DNA of 64,000 bases from Gemmatales bacterium (lineage in GTDB: Bacteria; Planctomycetota; Planctomycetia; Gemmatales; HRBIN36): assembly GCA_041640595.1 (NCBI GenBank), contig JBEPZY010000001.1:800001-864000 (forward strand). The letters are read 5' to 3'. Made by a program: the position numbers and the translations under genes. Below the pieces are notes generated by a model. It was not told the origin of the DNA, did no database searches, and was given only the letters and a program-made list of their open reading frames with translations. Below, in pieces: positions 58,516-64,000 of this stretch. Numbering within the stretch: position 1 is the stretch's first letter; every line of letters starts with the position of its first letter.

Positions 58516-60642
58516 ATGAATTCGGGTCGAGCCAGGCTGCTGAGCACAGGCAAACCACTGCTAGCATGGCTGTGCGACCCTGTTGCAGTAAAGCCCCGTT
58601 ATCTCCTGGCTTGCCTCGCAATGATTACGGTTGCCGCGGGTGCGTTTATCTTGTGGCCACAACGCTGGTTTTCATTGTGGGTTGCAGAGCCTCGGGCTGC
58701 TGCGCAGCAGCCGAGTTCAGCCAACCCTGTTGTCGGAGCTGATGTAGCGCGACTGACGGAGCTTCTCTACAACCGAGCTGACCCCATCCAGCAAAGCCAG
58801 GCAGCCATTCTGCTCCTTCAACTCGATAGCCCGGAAAGCCGTGAAGTCGTGCGGCAGGGATTGCGGCGATGGGACCGGGCAGATGTCTTCCAGGCGCTGG
58901 CTGGTGCTCTTCGGCTACGACGCGATCCGCAATACATCCCGCTTCTATTGCGGGCCCTCAGCTCCGAGCAGGCAGCCATCAGGCAATCAGCTATAGATGC
59001 ACTCGCCCGAATGGATTATCGGCTGGTGGTGAGACCTTTAGTGGCGATAGCGGAAGACGCGACGGCCAGCATGACCGCACGTCAAGCTGCCACCACGGCA
59101 CTGGCACGCACACAACAACGGGCCGCTATTGCTCCGCTCTTGAGTTTGCTGAGCTCCGAAGCCCCGCCGGTGCGTGAAGCGGCAGCTGCTGCACTGGAGG
59201 AGTTGACCGGCTTGAATTACGGGCTGGATGTCAACCGCTGGCAGCAGTGGTGGCAACAGCACAAGGACGTTACCGATGAAGAATGGCTGGCGGCCCGCAA
59301 TGCCGCTCTGTCTGATCAGGTGCGGCGACTAAATGCCGAGCTGAGTCGAGCAGAAGCCTACATTGTCCAGCTTCACCAGCAAATTTACAGCAAGACGCCG
59401 CTGGCAGACCGTCTCAATCACTTCCAAACCCTGGTGCAAAGCGACTATCCAGCAGTGCGTGTGCAGGCGATTGTCTGGATGGTCGAATCGTTACCGGAAC
59501 TGGATTCCGCCCAGCAAAAGCAGATTACCCGTTTATTGCTCCAGCTAACCGAAGATGGCGTGGAAACCGTGCAACGGCAGGCGGTACTGGCTCTGGAAAA
59601 GCGGCTCGAGGATCCTCAGGTACTCGGGCGGTTGCTCACGATCCTCGAGCAGGGGAGCGTATCGGTGCGGGCAGCGGCGGCGCGGAGCCTGGGACGATTG
59701 CCCAGCTCGTTACAGCAACCCGAGCGGATGGCCCCGATTTTAGCGGCGTTGCAAAAAGCTCTCAAAGACCCATCCCTCACCGTAGTTGCAGAAGCTACTG
59801 AGAGCATCGGCGCTACGGGTGCTCCCCAGGCAGCACTCATTCTCGCGGAACTGCTCCGCCATCCTTCGGAAGGTGTTCGCCAAGCAGCAGCGCGAGCGTT
59901 AGAGCCGATCGCCGATGAGCGGGTACTACCAGATTTGCTCCAGGCCCTGGGCGACAGTGCTGCCAGCGTTCGTTTTCATGTGGTCGGTGCGCTGGGCCGG
60001 ATCGGCGTGCTGGGAAATGACCAGCGAAAAGCGGAGATCGCAAAGCGATTGCAAAGCCTTATGCTGCAGGATGGCGATCCAGGCGTGCGCAGCCGTGCGG
60101 CCGGAATTATGGGAGAACTGGGCACCCCTGCCGACTTAGTGTTTCTGTGGCAGCGCTGTCAGGCTACCGAAGACGAACGCGTCAAGCTCAAGGCCTGGTC
60201 AGCGATGCTCGATATTCTCGCCCGCAGCGGCAATCCTGATCTGGTGGCTCAATGGGATCAACTTCTGGCCCATCAGCGCGAAACAGCTCGCCGCATCGAA
60301 ATGCTTACCGAAATTCGCAGCCGCTGGCAGAAGACTGAAAGTCTGCGGCCCCATCTTGACTCGATTCAGGCGTTGCTGGTGCAGGCCTACTTGGCGCAGC
60401 GACGCTGGCAAGCGGCTGGCCCACTGGCCCTGGAACTGGCTCGCCGGGCTCCTAATGACAACGAGTTGCGCCGCCGCTTACGCTGGCTGCTTGCCGCCGG
60501 CTATCTCGCACTCGAAGACAAAAAACCAGAAGAAACACTGGCCTGGATACGTGATGCGGAAGACCTGTTACCTCGGGCCGGTGATATTGCCTTTGAGTTT
60601 GCCGTGCTCAGGCAAAAAGCGGCTCAGGTCGAAAAGCCCTGA
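58516..60642 (+). CDS. HEAT-repeat protein with an N-terminal membrane anchor
   Basis: Repeated 'VR.AAA.AL' units; hydrophobic N-terminal segment. Start uncertain. Confidence 0.85.
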   Translation: MNSGRARLLSTGKPLLAWLCDPVAVKPRYLLACLAMITVAAGAFILWPQRWFSLWVAEPRAAAQQPSSANPVVGADVARLTELLYNRADPIQQSQAAILLLQLDSPESREVVRQGLRRWDRADVFQALAGALRLRRDPQYIPLLLRALSSEQAAIRQSAIDALARMDYRLVVRPLVAIAEDATASMTARQAATTALARTQQRAAIAPLLSLLSSEAPPVREAAAAALEELTGLNYGLDVNRWQQWWQQHKDVTDEEWLAARNAALSDQVRRLNAELSRAEAYIVQLHQQIYSKTPLADRLNHFQTLVQSDYPAVRVQAIVWMVESLPELDSAQQKQITRLLLQLTEDGVETVQRQAVLALEKRLEDPQVLGRLLTILEQGSVSVRAAAARSLGRLPSSLQQPERMAPILAALQKALKDPSLTVVAEATESIGATGAPQAALILAELLRHPSEGVRQAAARALEPIADERVLPDLLQALGDSAASVRFHVVGALGRIGVLGNDQRKAEIAKRLQSLMLQDGDPGVRSRAAGIMGELGTPADLVFLWQRCQATEDERVKLKAWSAMLDILARSGNPDLVAQWDQLLAHQRETARRIEMLTEIRSRWQKTESLRPHLDSIQALLVQAYLAQRRWQAAGPLALELARRAPNDNELRRRLRWLLAAGYLALEDKKPEETLAWIRDAEDLLPRAGDIAFEFAVLRQKAAQVEKP

Positions 60643-60850
60643 TCCAACCACAACGCTTGATTCGCTTCCACCCAATTTGCGTTGCAGCTAAGCAGAACCC
60701 GTCCCGGCCAGTGCAATTGTGATTCGTGACCTTGCATTTTTTCTTCTTACACAACACCTCACGCGTTCTCGCCGACCCTAACAAGCGCCATGAATAACGC
60801 CGGTCGGCTGACCGGTGGCCATCGGGTGATCCTGCCGATCATTGGGCCAG

Positions 60851-62167
<1,317 letters not shown>

Positions 62168-62378
62168 CTACTTCGCTGTGCGGCTGATTGACTCCTGCAA
62201 AGTGCGACCTTGTAAAGCTGCCATTATAGCGAACCGGCCAACCTTTTCACAAATGTCCGCTCGGCTTCAACAGGTCAACCACTGGCAACACGCCGACTCA
62301 CGCTCTTGAGTAAGTGATCGGCATAAATGGTTACACCGGCAAAGTGGACGTAGTACAGCCTGAGACGGTGCCCTGCCA

Positions 62379-63593
62379 TCACCACGGGGGATCGATGGCC
62401 AGCACTTGCACCGCTTGCCCAGGAACGAAGCGATTTTCTCCCGCCGGCAAACGCAATAATGCATTGGCACGGGTCAATGCTCGCAGGTCGGCCGATCCCA
62501 GCCACGGTACCGCTTGCACACGCCAGGCACCTTCGTCGAACCACAGCTTGGCCGGATGATACGTAGGTCGGTCCGTGCGATAATAAAACTCCGCAGCGAA
62601 AGTGGCCTGGAGGTAAACCAAATGTGGTTCGCTTTTGCCGAGCATCACCCGCAGAGCTGGCCGAACAAAAAGCTCGAAGCCGACGAAGCTGCTTACCGGG
62701 TTGCCCGGTAATCCGAAGACCAGCTTGTCGTTGTACACCCCGAAAAGTAACGGCTTGCCCGGCTTCAGCGATACCTTATGAAACAACAGCTGCACGCCTT
62801 CTTCCTGGAGCAGTTGCGGAACCAGATCAAGAGGGCCGACGGATACACCGCCGCTCAGCACGAGCACATCGCACTTCAATCCCTCGCGCACGAGTGGTCG
62901 GAGACTATCGAGAGTATCTCGGGCAATACCCAGATAGCGCGGCAACGCATGATTCCGGGCCACCAGTGCCGCCAACATGGCTGCGTTAGAGTTCCGTATC
63001 TGACCGGGACCAGGCGTCATTCCAGGCTCGACCAGTTCGTCTCCGGTGGGCAAAATCGCAACTACTGGCTGGCGGTACACGGGCACGGCTGTTTTTCCGA
63101 CGCTGGCCAGCACGCCGATCTCCGCAGGGCGAATCACGGTTCCGGCCAACAGGATCAGCTCGCCCCGCCGCATCTCCGCTCCCTGCGGTAGCACATTCTC
63201 GCCAGCGCGAGGTTGGCGCAGCAGGCGTATGCGATCTGCACCGGCAGGTTCCACCTGTTCCTGCATAACGACAGCATCCGCACCCGCCGGAAGCATAGCG
63301 CCAGTGGTTACGCGGGCTGCTTCGCCGATGGCCAGTGGTTGCGACGGCGTTGCCCCGGCCATGATTTCCATCACCACCCGGCGCTCAGACGTGTCATCCT
63401 GGCAGCGTACGGCAAATCCGTCCACGAGCGACTTGGCAAAGGGGGGACTATCGCGGTCAGCGTAAACGTCTTCCGCCAGCACCAAACCCAGCAGTGCACT
63501 GGTCAACGAGGCAACCTGCGGCGGCAACCGATGCGCCTGCGACAATACCTTTGCCAGAGCGCTTTCCACCGAATGCGGTTCATCTCGGAGCAT
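62379..63593 (-). CDS. moeA: Molybdopterin molybdotransferase MoeA
   Basis: 'S..DGFAV', 'TGA.LP.GADAVVMQE', 'TGDEL', 'SGGVSVG..D', 'KPGKP', 'LPGNPVS'. Confidence 0.95.
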   Translation of the reverse strand: MLRDEPHSVESALAKVLSQAHRLPPQVASLTSALLGLVLAEDVYADRDSPPFAKSLVDGFAVRCQDDTSERRVVMEIMAGATPSQPLAIGEAARVTTGAMLPAGADAVVMQEQVEPAGADRIRLLRQPRAGENVLPQGAEMRRGELILLAGTVIRPAEIGVLASVGKTAVPVYRQPVVAILPTGDELVEPGMTPGPGQIRNSNAAMLAALVARNHALPRYLGIARDTLDSLRPLVREGLKCDVLVLSGGVSVGPLDLVPQLLQEEGVQLLFHKVSLKPGKPLLFGVYNDKLVFGLPGNPVSSFVGFELFVRPALRVMLGKSEPHLVYLQATFAAEFYYRTDRPTYHPAKLWFDEGAWRVQAVPWLGSADLRALTRANALLRLPAGENRFVPGQAVQVLAIDPPW

Positions 63594-63660
63594 AGTTTTC
63601 TTCAGCCAGTCCTGGCACGGCAGATTTTGTCAGTCTGATGGTAGCCAGGGAAGCACCGAC

Positions 63661-64000
63661 TCACAGACGCAGGAAATTGGCCAGCAATTTCGGACCTTCG
63701 ATCGTCAAGAAGCTTTCAGGGTGGAATTGTACGCCATGCAAAGGCCAGCTTTTATGCCGGATGCCCATGATCTCGCCTTCGGCAGTCCAGGCAGCCAGCT
63801 CAAAGTCGGGATGATTCCACGTCTCCCGGCGAATCACCAGGCTGTGATAGCGTGTGGCTTCGAACGGATTAGCCAGACCCACAAACACTCCGCGACCGTC
63901 GTGGTAAATGAGCGACGTTTTGCCGTGCATGATGCGAAAATTGCGAACAATTTCGCCGCCGAATACGTGCCCAATACACTGATGGCCCAAACACACTCCC
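63661..64000 (-). CDS. Anthranilate/aminodeoxychorismate synthase component II (TrpG/PabA-type); 5' end lies outside the window
   Basis: 'GVCLGHQ', 'MHGKTS', 'TRYHSL', 'GVQFHPES'. Confidence 0.93.
   Translation of the reverse strand, partial: GVCLGHQCIGHVFGGEIVRNFRIMHGKTSLIYHDGRGVFVGLANPFEATRYHSLVIRRETWNHPDFELAAWTAEGEIMGIRHKSWPLHGVQFHPESFLTIEGPKLLANFLRL

Overview
64 kb of chromosomal DNA, most likely from a planctomycete. This is inferred from two DUF1501 genes, a cytochrome c/DUF1549/DUF1553 protein, two DUF1080 genes, a doubled UvrA, two Ser/Thr kinases and an ECF sigma/anti-sigma pair. It is mostly housekeeping and lineage-typical genes: accA, uvrA, mutS2, dgt, mgtE, infA, pdxA, eno, moeA, a trpG/pabA-type gene, tRNA-Pro(CGG) and a Gld-like ABC operon. 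I found no CRISPR array, integrase or transposase. The most interesting signals sit in a small region at 4.7-5.5 kb. (1) A small membrane-protein gene looks truncated at 68 aa, but its frame continues past an in-frame TGA (4878-4880) for 53 more codons. The TGA is followed 11 nt later by a 17-nt hairpin with the geometry of a bacterial SECIS, so this is a candidate unannotated 122-aa membrane selenoprotein heading an oxidoreductase/aminotransferase operon. (2) Just upstream are two 28-bp XerC/XerD dif-like sites in inverted orientation, 60 bp apart, resembling an empty dif module. Other observations: two near-identical tandem Uma2 genes, with a short divergent segment, between a DUF1553 and a DUF1501 gene; several apparent pseudo-enzymes (PuuD-like, AnmK-like, alpha/beta-hydrolase-like); an Smr-less MutS2 with a DD Walker B; an autoregulatory ECF promoter; a structured leader before the PIN/TRAM gene; and a 47-aa small ORF beside the tRNA. 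All family calls are from motif recognition by eye; no database search was run.
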